Assembly: GCA_032718475.1 (NCBI GenBank)
Contig: JAUCBJ010006023.1
Location: 1 to 64,000, forward strand
DNA: 64,000 nt
Direction: 5' to 3'
Source: Nemertoderma westbladi
Taxonomy: Eukaryota > Animalia > Xenacoelomorpha
Shown: positions 52,755 through 64,000 of the stretch, one piece after another
Numbering within the stretch: position 1 is the stretch's first letter
Layout: each line of letters begins with the position of its first letter
Notes under the pieces: generated by a model
What the model saw: the letters and a program-made list of their open reading frames with translations, nothing else
Database searches by the model: none
Told to the model about the DNA's origin: nothing
Made by a program: the position numbers and the translations under genes

Positions 52755-55700
52755 CTGAATTAGAAAAACAAAATTAATGTTTAGTCTAGAAAAGTATCGT
52801 ACTATGAATGAATAAGCTTGCTGGTTTCAAATACACGACCTTTGTAAAATATAAAAAATTTTTCATTGCGTTGAATATTTTAGGAATTAAATTCTTAACG
52901 GAACTTCGAAAGTTTTGAGCGATTTGTACATAATGTAACCTATTTTAATATATTAATTATTATTATTCAATAATATATATGTTTTCTATTCCCACAATAA
53001 TTAATCCAACATTAACTGACCATTCTACTGCAACTTACAATGAGGTCAATTATAGGAGTTTTCTTCACCTTTTGTTTTTTCGAATTTGGTTCTTCAATAT
53101 CGGCCCAAGCAACTTTCTTCTTTCTCACGTTGTTGTTAGTTTTGGACACATTCTCACTAAAGTGACAGTTATATTAAACTTGTATTGATGGGGGAGTGCT
53201 GTTCTTTAATTAAATATAATATTTTATTTAGTTATTATTTTAAAAATAAAATATGAGGTTATAATTATATAAAACAAATTTAAGAGCACAACTAGCATCA
53301 GCACCACAAACAATATAATTAAAATAAAACAGCAAACAGTTCCAATCTGGGACGTCAGACCACGGCAGATCGTACCATTCTTAAAAATGAAAAATACGGA
53401 ATAGCTAAGACAACAAGATTAAATTTCAGCTCTAAGTTTGACAACATGTGTCAGTACATATAGAAACCAGACGATTCCGAGAAAAATAAATTTTTCAGTT
53501 ATGTATTGCATAAGACCGCATTTTAATTAGCTTTCAAATGCACCCACACAGATGTAATTGTAATTGTAAACAAAAAGTTACAAAAGAAATCGTTAAAGTT
53601 AATAAAGTAAAAAGAAAAAAAAGCGAAAGGAAAATGTTATGATAGTAATTTTGAAATATTGATTTAAATGCTTGAAAAGCTCGAATGCTCGAAATGCTCG
53701 AGTAAATCTTAACTCTCTCAGTTCATCAGTCTGTGTCTGTCTGTCAAAAATATAGAAGTATTCTAGCTAACTACTATTTAGTTGTGGAGGTATTTCTGGT
53801 CGGGGATTTAATTTCCGATATCAGTTTTCATGCTCGAAGAGATCTAGACTGGTGTGTATCTGGTCGGTCTGTATGTTCTTCTATCCATATCCAATGTCAG
53901 TTGTTTTTAAGGACAATTACCGAAAGTTGACGAAGCCTACCGAAAGTTATGCATTTAGTGATACGAAAGCTATCTAAAAGGTTAAAGCCGGGGCGGAAGC
54001 TATCCATTTACAGATTAGCGGCATATTTCGCACTTTTAACGTCCGATATCATTCATAAACAAAAATGATATGGGGTCTAATTCAAATAATTGCAGTTTAA
54101 TTTTATTGATATCGGAAATGAAATCACTGCCCTCAAATACCACCATAATGAAAATTTTAAGTCAGTTAGTAAGTTTCCTTCTAATTTTCACAGACAGACA
54201 GACCGACAGTCCGCACAAATACAAACAGTCTTGAATCCATCAAACAAGAAAACTGACATCAGAAATGAAATCAGCGACCCCCAGAAAACCCCGTAATTTC
54301 AATCCACCCAACGTCCAAAGAGTTAAGAACCGTTAAATAATTAGACGACAGACGAAATGGTAGACATATAAGACATACCGACCGACAAAACATACAATAT
54401 TACCAAAACGTTTATGTAAAATGAAAAGAAACATACCTTATGAACATATTTTTTTTAACTTTAAAGACATACCGACCGACAAAACATACAATATTACCAA
54501 AACGTTTATGTAAAATGAAAAGAAACATACCTTATGAACATATTTTTTTTAACTTTATTCTCTATTTTCTCAAAATGAATTTTGCCCGGAAATGTTTGCT
54601 TTCTATAAGCACTGACACAATATGTTTTGTATGGTAAGTTTTAAATTAATGTTAAAATGTACAAATATAATTGTCGGCATTATTATTGGGATAATTTATT
54701 CTGGGATTACAGATATATGATCTGTAATCAAGTATATTGGGTTAGAAGGTAAAAATGATACCAGGTCTGAAAGTGGAAATCAGGGGTGTAGCTTCATCTT
54801 GTCTATAATTTAACTGTACCGGTGCTATTGACACTCCTTTATAATTTTGGTTAGAATAACCTACCACTGCAACTTTCCCTTGTCCCTTGATATACCTATT
54901 TGGAACATCATCAAATTAGGAACTTTGTCACATTCGGACATACATCCTGGAACCATTTGTAACTATGTTACTCTACTCAACATGATCAAGTATGACGCTA
55001 ACCTTTCATATTCTGGAGTGGTGTTGGTGTGTCTTATGTAGTCGATAAATCCCATACAGAAAATTACTACAAATGTATAGAACATGCAGACAAGCATATA
55101 GAACTGAGTAGCAGACCAGTCACCAGGGGGATGTCCTTTAAACATGGAATTGTTTATTCTGACCATACTGAAATGAAAATATCAATATAAAAAAAGATAT
55201 TTCACTATGTATCTTATACCAAATATATTAGGACGTACGTACCAAAATATAAATAAAAAAAAATAAAGAACTTACTGTAAAATATAATGGAATTGACTTC
55301 CATGCTCAAAAACCAACGGTTAATCTACACAGCCATGAATTTGTGACTGATTGGTGATATTTATCATGGAATTTGCATTACAAATAGGATCTTTAATCAT
55401 TTTCCCAATTAATAAATTGGCAAATTCAGTACTGCATGCATATTACAATTACAATGAATTCGACATTGATATCATAGTTCCAATTATCTACTGTATTGAT
55501 TCATTCATTTCTTTAATTGCACATGCTAGAATAAAAAGACTCACTTCAGGAAACACATCATGCTAAGGGTTGCCCGACCATTAATTGCATTTTTTGAAAC
55601 CCAGAACACAACCCAAGAAGCAACAACAGACAGGATTGCTGGTAGGTAGTAGGCTAGAAGGGTGATGAGACTTTGGCGTTGGAAGAACATGGTCAATTCC

Positions 55701-58700
55701 AGGTGAGTAACATTTCTTGCTAAAATGAAGAAGAAACTGATTTAGTAGGCTATCATAAAGTATCTATCAGATTTATCACGTAGTTTACACATGCCAATAA
55801 TATTAACTCCTGAACGACTCCTACAGTAGTATCTATTAATACTATGTATACCACTGTTGATACTACTTTTCAATTCACAAATTTAGTTTGGATTGTCAAG
55901 CTACAGATGATGATAATGTTTTTCACCAACATTAATTAATTTTCAGTCTCTCAGAAACAAAGACACTATCAAATTTGCAATGAAATACCGAAAAACTACT
56001 AAAAGTACCGAAAATATTCACCGCATGTCGTGAAGATTACTTTATCCATTTACGGTACTTTCCCCATATCGCGAAGGCCAATGACTATATATAAGTAAAG
56101 AGTAACCTTTGTGCTTTATTATAAGCTACACATACCTTACACAGATCTTTCACTCTAAATATACTCCACAAAGAACAACCACTAAAAAACCAGGCTAACT
56201 GATTACCATGGCAATATAGAGAACGTTTAGAACCAGACATATCTTATTTATCTGGCAATGAACTACTAAGAGTATGGCCAAGATAAGTTAGTTCGTTAAC
56301 ACACGGAATAATTTTACACATAAATAAACATCACCCTCTACCTAGTTTAGAACGATTGTATTTTAAAGACCTCAGGGGGGCACTATCTACACCACTGGCA
56401 CTATTGGTCTTAATGCTCTTTGCAACAGCCTTGACTTCAGCAAAGGATATATCACCTATGGGAATATCTGAGAGTACAGACCCGGGTACTTTTTCTTCTA
56501 CAAAGTTATTAGGCATACCCTGACATTATTGAGGAGCTTTTCAATGCAGGCCTTCCAATCATTGAGGTGATCCGGAGGTTGGCTTTTCCTCCCAGTCAGC
56601 AATTTGATAGATTTCCATGCTTGGGTTGATTGCCTGCTATCATCGGTATCATTGATGTCATCAACCTGCAGGTTGATAAGCTCTGTTGATTATGAGAGTA
56701 TTTCTTGTTCAGGGACCTAGATGCAGCCTTAACTGCATTCTTGTCCAGTTTATTCTGTTTCAGTCTGGACTCTTTGTGCCTCAGAGAGATCCACTTGACT
56801 TCTGAATTCTGTGGTACATCCAGGGTGCCTTTTTTCTGCTTCAATGGTGTACAATAACTAGTGTGAAGCTGGATCTTCAAATGTGCTGTTACAATAGAGA
56901 GGACCACTCTGCCATGGCATGGCAAGGGTAGATTTCTTATTTCTGCTAGCACGGAAACTCTCCGGAAGTCTTAACTACCTTAGCTACAAAAATACTATGA
57001 GTTCCATATGATTCCTGAAGATGGACTGAATTTTAGTTGACACAATCGCTGTAGGTGTAGACCCATGGCAATGTTAAGGGTCAATAGAGACTGGCATTAA
57101 AGTTACAGAATAGCACATAAGAATGCATGCTACTACTACTGCTACTAGGTCCAGCGAACTCGGACAGTGGAAATGAGATCCTTCCAGGCTTCCCGATTCT
57201 CCATAGTTGTCGCAATTTCGTTTCTCCTAAGTTCAGTATCCCTTTCAAGTTGATCTAATGTTATGGCAGGTCGTCCACTACTACGCTTTCCATGAGTTGG
57301 TTGCCATAAAAGTAGATCTGGTATGACCTCGTTTTTACTTCGCCAGCAGTGCCCACTGAATCTTAATCTGCGTTCACGGAGGGTGGTTGATACAGGCGGT
57401 ATTGTACCATAAAGCTCGGCGTTTGTCATGTGTTGTCTCCAGCTGATGTTTAGGGCTGCCTTAGTAGTCTTGTATAGCAACCATCAATTAGTTGTTCAAG
57501 TGATTTAGTCAGTGTCCAGGTCTCACCCCCTTATAAAAATACACCTTCCACTGTGGCTCGAAAGAACTTAGTCTTCAGGTGCCTGGAGAGATCTGATTTC
57601 CAGATGGTAGCCATTTTTGATAGAGCTACCCAAGCATTTGCTTTCCTAACTTCTATGTCCTTTTTGCTACTCTCTATCCATGATCCAAGGTACTGGAAGT
57701 CGTCGACCTTTCTTAGTTGATTATTATAATGGTTATCAAGTTTCCATCAACATTAAAGGTCATGAATTCGGTCTTGGTAGCATTTATATGCAATCCAACC
57801 TCCTTAGCAGCCCTCTCCACTTTATTTAGTAGAAGCTGTACATCTGCTAGCATATTAGAGAGCAGGGTGATGTCAAACGCAAAGTCGGTGTCTGTGACTG
57901 TAGTTGCCAGATATCTACTACTTCTGCGTTCTTGAAGTGTGAATCCCAGATCTTCACCATTTGTGGCTGCCCTCATTGTGTAATCCAGCACAATTACAAA
58001 TACTAATGGTGCTAATGTGTGACCTTGCAGTACGCTATCCAGGATGGAGAAAAACTCAGTTTCACCATCTGGTGAGAGTACCTGCGCTTCTGTGTCACAA
58101 TATAACAATCCAATGCCAGCAACAATTACTTCTGGTATTCCATAAGCTCTTAGGATTTCAAGCATTTTACCTCTATGGATGGAGTCGAATGCCTTCTTGA
58201 AGTCCACAAAAGTCATGACTGCGGGGAGATTCTTTGACTTAATTCCTTCAATCAGTCTCCATAGTGCAAGTATGTGAGCTATTGTTGATCTACTTGGTCG
58301 AAATCTGTTTTGGCTCTTACGCAGTAGTTTCTCTATGTGAGGCCTAATTCTATATAGAATCATTCTATTGTATATTTTGGCAGCTACCACAAGCAGACAG
58401 ATCCCACGATAGTTTGTTGGTATGCCGAGGTCTCCTTTCTTGGGGAGAGCTTTAGTTGACCTTTAGTCCAAATTGGAGGTGGTTTTTCCCCTTTTAACAT
58501 CCGGTTGCAAACATTCAATAATGGTCTGTTTATCACTCCGGTTTTCCATACCTCCGCTGGGATTTCATCTAATCCACTCACTTTATTATTGGACATGCTT
58601 TTAATGCTTCTTTGGAGTTCGGCAGGTGTGAAGTCCCCTGTTTCTATAGGTAGTGTCTTGTCATATATTTTCCTTGTAGGGCTGACCTCAATGTTTGGTG

Positions 58701-61502
58701 GCTTCCCAAGCAAGTTGCTGAAGTGATTTTTCCACTTCCCAATACGTTCTTCAGGACTATCGGCTTTGAGGCGCCCCTTTGCACAACTTTTCCGACCAGC
58801 TACCTCATTTACAGTTTGCCAGGTAAGTCTTGATTGTTGCTGTATGTGAGCAGTTGTAATTGCTTCAATTTTACCCTTTATGTACTTTTCCTGGCTGATG
58901 TTGTCGGCTAATTTAAGATCGTCCTTAGCGTCATTATCAGTAGCTGCTTGTAGTTTGTGGTAAAAATTGTCCAGGTCTAACATCCTCCACTGGAACAAAA
59001 CTAGTAGGAGAATTCACACAATCAGAACCACCTTAGGAAACTTCTTAGCCAGTCTTCCAGAACATGAAAAATGGCAACGGATGATGTAGTTGGAGAATTT
59101 TTCTATGTTGTCCAATGCTGCATGTGCAGTTGGAGTCATCAATAGACAAATTCTCTCAATTACAACTATGATCTGCTAAGGCGAGGGCAGCAAGAAGCCA
59201 ACTTGCAAGAAGCAAAATTATAGTGATATAACTGATTTATACGGAAGGAGAAAGTAAAATTTACACGTAAGAAAAATGATTTTCCCCAATTGACATCCCT
59301 TCTGGCAATTAGGTCGAACCAACACACCTTTTTGCTATGGGAGAGTGTTAGCCAATGAGATGAGCTTATTCAAGGAACAGCCAATAAATGCCTGAAATTA
59401 CACCCCAATTGGAAATAAGGAGCCAGACCTCCAAATTACTGATGCGATCCATAGCGGGGGTTTGAGCTGCTTTTTTTATTGAGTCAGCTCTTGGGGAAAT
59501 CTCCTATCCCTGCCCTGGTTTGACATTCCACAGGGTGATTGTTGCAGTAGAATCAGATATGATGCCCATCAACCAAAACCTTCTCCGAAGCACATGACCC
59601 ACCATAGGCTAGCCTATCCTGCATAGCTCATATTCTGGGCCATACCCTGTATGCCTACCCCTAGTGCCTGGTGCAGGTCGCAATGGAGCACTTACTAATT
59701 GGAAATGAGCGCACTCTACTCCTGACCAGCCTTTGGTAGATTGCCATCTGCCTGGTCAGGCCATTTACCCCTGCAGCTGAGTATATGGGTGTCCTACAGC
59801 AAAGGGGGTTCTAACTACACAATCTTATTATGGTCTTAATAAGATATTCTATGCAGCCACAGATGCACCTTTTGCCAGATGCACATTTTTCTGCATGGTT
59901 TCCATGGTATCAAGGTTTCTGGATCAATCACCCACCCAGAATATATGACCTGACATGAAATCTAATTGTAATCTGAATTCATATTTACAAAAACTATTGT
60001 AATAGTGTGGCATCAGGTTAGGTTAAAAAGCAAATTTCTGGAAATGAGTCTTACCTTTATAGTCCTGTTTTAAAATAGATGAAATCTTTGTTCCAGCATA
60101 AACGAAGTCTTTCAGATTCCCAAGTTTTGTTGTAAAGTTTTTGACTTTGTCCCATACTGGAAGAATTTCAACTCCTTCAATGACTTAAAAACGAATAAAA
60201 ATAGTATTTTGTGCTCCAAATAAAGAATGTAAAGCTATCTATGTACAGGCTGGTCCATTATTAACTAAAAGTTAATTACGACATGCTGTATCTATCATCA
60301 TGTTGCGTATTATCACTGACAATTTGCAACACTGCGGCCACGACAGCAGAAATTCCAGTCTATCATAGGCAATAGTTTGAGCCATTGCATTGGTTGCATT
60401 TGATCTCATTGCTGATTTGTGTGCGTCACTTTCTGCTGCCAGTAACAACATCAAACTGATCAGGAGGACCTGGCTGACCCACCTATATTTAAACTATATA
60501 ATTATCACTATTATAAGAATCAACAATCTAATAAACTAAACTTACTATCATTTCTGAAGCGTGCATAGAGAACTATTGAACAATTCATAACATCATATGG
60601 GAAATAACGAACATCTGTATGACAATTCATTGTTCTTTTCAATCTGAAACATCAATATGTGGAGGACCATTACACTATCTTACACGATAATGACTGCAAA
60701 ATATGACTGTTTAGACAGGTTTAGCTGCTATAATTTTGTTATTAATTATTGTCCCAAACTTTGAACACATATTTTGCACATGCAGGTGGGCTCTTCAGAT
60801 TTGTGCGTTTAAGAAACATTAAAAACCATACAATGAAATAAGACTCAGTGTCTTTTTTTCAGTGTTTTCCAATACAACATCCATATAATATGTAACTAAA
60901 TCAAGTCAATCTGATGATTCAGCAACCACATATGCTATTGGATAAATTTTAGCGAAATTGCATAACACAATAAGTGACATACTGGTTCACTGCCTTTATC
61001 ATTCCAGTAGGCCATATCTGGGCATGTAATCTGTCTACTTCTCCACTGATATACTGGACTCCAGCAACAGGTTCCATAATAACAATCCAAAGATCCAACA
61101 CTCTGTTATTATGCAGTTCGATTGGTTTCGTAAATCCAACAAGCTAAAAGGAAGATGATTTATTAGCACCTGGTTATTAGATTAATCATATTTGCACATT
61201 TGACATTCTATAGGCCCAATTATATTTTCGTATGTTGGTGAAAAATTTGATATGAAGTAATGTATATGAACTAAAAAATGAAGTAATATATTCCTTTATG
61301 AGGGTACCATTCCATGGAAATCAAGTAAAATTAGCAGTAACTGTAACCTGATAGAGGTCAGTAACAAAACATCTTACATCTTTATCACTATATCTGGAAT
61401 CCATCCATTCCGTTGTAAAGGTAAATTCGGTATCAAAGTCTGTAACTCGACCCTTTTCTTTTGCATCCATTTTTACTATTTGCAGTTGCACATCTACATT
61501 TA
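52554..61502 (-). CDS. Copy B: divergent Cys-loop (GABA-A/GlyR-like) ligand-gated ion channel subunit, extracellular domain to stop codon; 5' exons not in the window
   Basis: Exons 61378-61502, 60983-61143, 60546-60643 (Cys-loop [15 protein letters not shown]), 60055-60183, 55545-55719 (M1-M2), 55003-55167 (M2-M3), 53039-53156 (M3-M4 loop) and 52554-52754 (M4, TGA) splice in frame with GT-AG sites. Confidence 0.92.
53039..53156 (-). CDS. pLGIC copy B intracellular M3-M4 loop exon
   Basis: 118 nt, phase 2-0, AG/GTAAGT; ENVSKTNNNVRKKKVAWADIEEPNSKKQKVKKTPIIDLI. Confidence 0.8.
54371..54557 (+). repeat. ~94-bp tandem duplication in an intron of copy B
   Basis: agacataccgaccgacaaaac...ttttaacttta occurs twice. 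Confidence 0.9.
55003..55167 (-). CDS. pLGIC copy B exon: end of M2, M2-M3 loop and M3
   Basis: 165 nt, phase 2-2; MVRINNSMFKGHPPGDWSATQFYMLVCMFYTFVVIFCMGFIDYIRHTNTTPEYE. Confidence 0.88.
55545..55719 (-). CDS. pLGIC copy B exon: beta10, M1 and M2 to 9'
   Basis: 175 nt, phase 1-2; [57 protein letters not shown]. Confidence 0.93.
56350..56740 (-). mobile_element. RTE LINE fragment (pre-RT region)
   Basis: [29 protein letters not shown]; homologous to 40715-41040. Confidence 0.7.
57131..58960 (-). mobile_element. RTE LINE (second family), 5'-truncated and frameshifted
   Basis: GLDEIPAEVWK, AAKIYNRMILYRI, FVDFKKAFDSIHR, VLQG, RRLRFSGHCWR motifs; (TAG)n tail. Confidence 0.92.
60055..60183 (-). 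CDS. pLGIC copy B loop F to loop C exon
   Basis: 129 nt, phase 1-1; paralog of 5162-5290. Confidence 0.85.
60546..60643 (-). CDS. pLGIC copy B Cys-loop exon
   Basis: 98 nt; C-x13-C with FPYD; differs from copy A only at synonymous sites. Confidence 0.95.
60983..61143 (-). CDS. pLGIC copy B loop A to loop E exon
   Basis: 161 nt, phase 0-2; paralog of 7040-7200. Confidence 0.88.
61378..61502 (-). CDS. pLGIC copy B beta1-beta2 exon
   Basis: 125 nt, phase 1-0; contains EWMDSRY; paralog of 13242-13366. Confidence 0.9.
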
Positions 61503-62988
61503 CTGTAAAATAGTTATTGTTATTTATCACACAATATTGACAGACATTTTGTATATATATATTAAATTTAAAAAACATAGATGTTTTTTTACATATGCAC
61601 ATGTTATTGTTGCTTGTATACAGTGTGTACAGTATGATAAAGCAAGTTATTCCATCAAATAATGTTGATTTTAAGTTATTTATAAAAAATATAAGCATAA
61701 TTATATATATTAGCTATAAAAGAAGATGTTTGGTATAAGAAACCGTAAATGCAAACTTTAATGGAGTGAGTGGTATTCCTGTTGGAATTAATACCGGTAT
61801 TAATTCAAATACCGGTATTGATTGATTTCAAAAACTGAAAACAAAGTAAAGAAATGCCTGTTTATACACAACAGCAGCTGATTAGAGTAAGGTAGGTAAG
61901 ATGTTTTGAATTTGAATTGTTTTAAATGTTTGAATTTCCCACCATGGCCAAGGGAAGGGGCATCCACTGACGGCCAATAATAACAATTGTAGAAATATTT
62001 ACATTGTAGAAATATTTACATCGTGGAAAGATTCGACATCTACAATTTGGGCACTGCGATATCTCAAAAACTAAAACCAATGCAGAAAAATGACTTTGAG
62101 ATCCTGAATCAGCATAAAATGTTCCCCTAGGGCAACCCTATTCCTCAAAAAAATGAAAAGGAAATGTAAATGAAATAAAACGCAAAAAAGGATATTTTGC
62201 ACATTAAAAAGCACGAAAATGACGGATTTTATGAAAAATTCAACAAAACGGCTTCACTTTGAACGGACATATCTCGAAACCTAAACACAGTCTGGCGAAG
62301 TGGTTTCCAGTTTCGGATTCAGCATGAAATTCTGCACAATTTTAGATCAAAAAAAATAGTTGTCAATACGAAATCATTGGGAAACGCTTTGTACAGTTAT
62401 CAAGTGGGTTCCTCCTGCGGATTGTCTGTATTTACCAAACTGCTTCTCGAGGTTGTCAGATTTTTGTTGACTGAACAGAAAAGTAATATCACTGATAAAA
62501 AATCTTTCATGCAGAGGTTTCTTAAGAATACTCTGCTCATCTGATGTACTAAAAAATCATTCTTGGCAATAATGGCAATCATAAAGTCAATCTCACTGGC
62601 TTTATTACGCTGACCATAGTTGACCATGATGGCATTTTCCAACTGTGACCAGCTATTAATAGAATGTTCAGTAAAAAATGGAATATTCAACTGAAGACAC
62701 TTAACATATAATTTATACTAAATGCTTCATGATAATATCTCGTTTTATAAAAATTGAATATTGAAACTGTGGTCCCTCATGTTTATCTGACAAAAACTGA
62801 ATCTCAATCCGGACAAAGATGTTTTAATATTGATAAGGGGACAGATTTCCTCGAAAAATAACTGATTTTGAGCTACAAAATCAAAAAATTCATCTGGAAG
62901 AGTATTCCTTGTACACTTTGATGACTTCCGTGTCGGACGTTCATGGGCTGCAGGTGATGCAAAGTTAAAGGCCGCGTTATCGGTTCTA

Positions 62989-64000
62989 ATGGATGTTGAC
63001 TCAACCTCAACTATCATTTGTAGCGAAGACGAGAACGTTGTCCCTCCGACACAGTCGACGCGCTCTCAACGGGCTTGGGCGGATATTTCGGATGATGACG
63101 TGGGGCCTACCGGTAGCTGCATATCGGGTTCGGTCAGCGAGCGTATACTGAAGGAACTGAGTGATCTCCAAAAGGAGGTTCGAGAATGAATACCTTGCGA
63201 CAAGAGGTAAAGTCGTTGTCTCAGAAGCTGGACCAGGCATTTGTTGTAATTGGTAAGCAACAAACATACCTTGAAAAAATGGAATCAAAAGAACGAGAAA
63301 AAAATCGATTAATTACAGGAGTATCAGAAGAAATGGGAGAACTTGGAGATGACGATGTTAGCCGCGTGGGGGCGATAGTTAGAGGAATGGGTTGCCAGGA
63401 ATTGGTAGAATCGGGAAAGATCTCGGAGTGGAATGTTCGGCGGCTTGGGGCTGTTAGTTCCGGTACCGGTACTGGTTCGGAAACAGGTATGCGAACCAGG
63501 ACGTGGCACTGGCCGATAATGGTGGAGATTCGTGATGCCAAGGTAAGAGCCATGGTATGGTCATCGGCTAAAAATCTCAAATCAGCTGGTGGTGCACTAT
63601 CATCGGTATATATTAATAAGGATGTGCACCCGCTGGTCCGGAGGGAGGAGGGTCGATTACGCCACCGGGTTAAGGAGGAATGGAAACGCCCTGAGAACCA
63701 GGGCGCCAAGATCTTCTATGACCATAAGCGCCGTGTTGTGTTGAGAGACACTGAGGTAATAGATCGGTATGAGGTAAACATATTTTAGGGGTGTCAGGCG
63801 CAGAACCCGATAGATTTACGCGATCTAAGTTTCTGTTCATGGAATATATGCGGGGTCCACGACAAACTGTTAGAGCCGAAAACCATATCGTTTTTGTTAG
63901 AACATGACATTGTTTTTATTAGCGAAGTTATAACGAAGTGTGCTATTGTGGTGCCGGGTTCCACTACGTATCCAAACTACTCTCCAGCTTCTCATCGAGG
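62989..64000 (+). mobile_element. 5' part of a CR1/L2-group LINE: ORF1 (frameshifted at about 63187) and start of the ORF2 APE endonuclease
   Basis: ORF1 coiled coil followed by LITGVSE, RRLG and VYINKD motifs; ORF2 begins FCSWNICG...HDIVFISE at about 63830 and runs off the window. Confidence 0.85.

Noticed and set aside
60272-60490. Sequence conserved between copies (also 6335-6600) as an extra exon
   Set aside because: The flanking exons already join in frame, and the two copies differ by indels with no shared reading frame; best explained as duplicated intron.
62000-62960. Possible DNA transposase remnant on the minus strand
   Set aside because: The flanks look transposon-like, but I could not recognise a protein motif or paired TIRs.

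Overview
AT-rich, transposon-dense animal (probably marine invertebrate) genomic DNA; most ORFs in the supplied track are spurious because the real genes are spliced. Manual splicing on the minus strand gives two tandem, about 97% identical copies of a very divergent Cys-loop pentameric ligand-gated ion channel (pLGIC) gene of the GABA-A/glycine type. Copy A (1-33840) runs off the left edge inside M2. Copy B (52554-61502) includes M1-M4 and the stop codon, but its 5' exons were not found and presumably lie beyond the right edge. In copy A, frame-compatible GT-AG exons join the channel extracellular domain to an N-terminal F-type (fucose-binding) lectin domain, three calcium-binding EGF repeats and two TSP1 repeats. 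This predicts a lectin-EGF-TSP1-pLGIC chimera with a degenerate neurotransmitter site and an unusual M2 (no PAR motif, Met6', Arg13'). The rest is mostly mobile DNA: a young but defective Ty3/Gypsy (Mag-like) LTR element, many RTE, CR1/L2 and CRE LINE fragments, TIR DNA elements, a Helitron-like end carrying a 21-bp array, and a decayed G2E3-like HECT fragment. The signal-peptide exon could not be located, and all gene models come from by-eye translation without transcript evidence.
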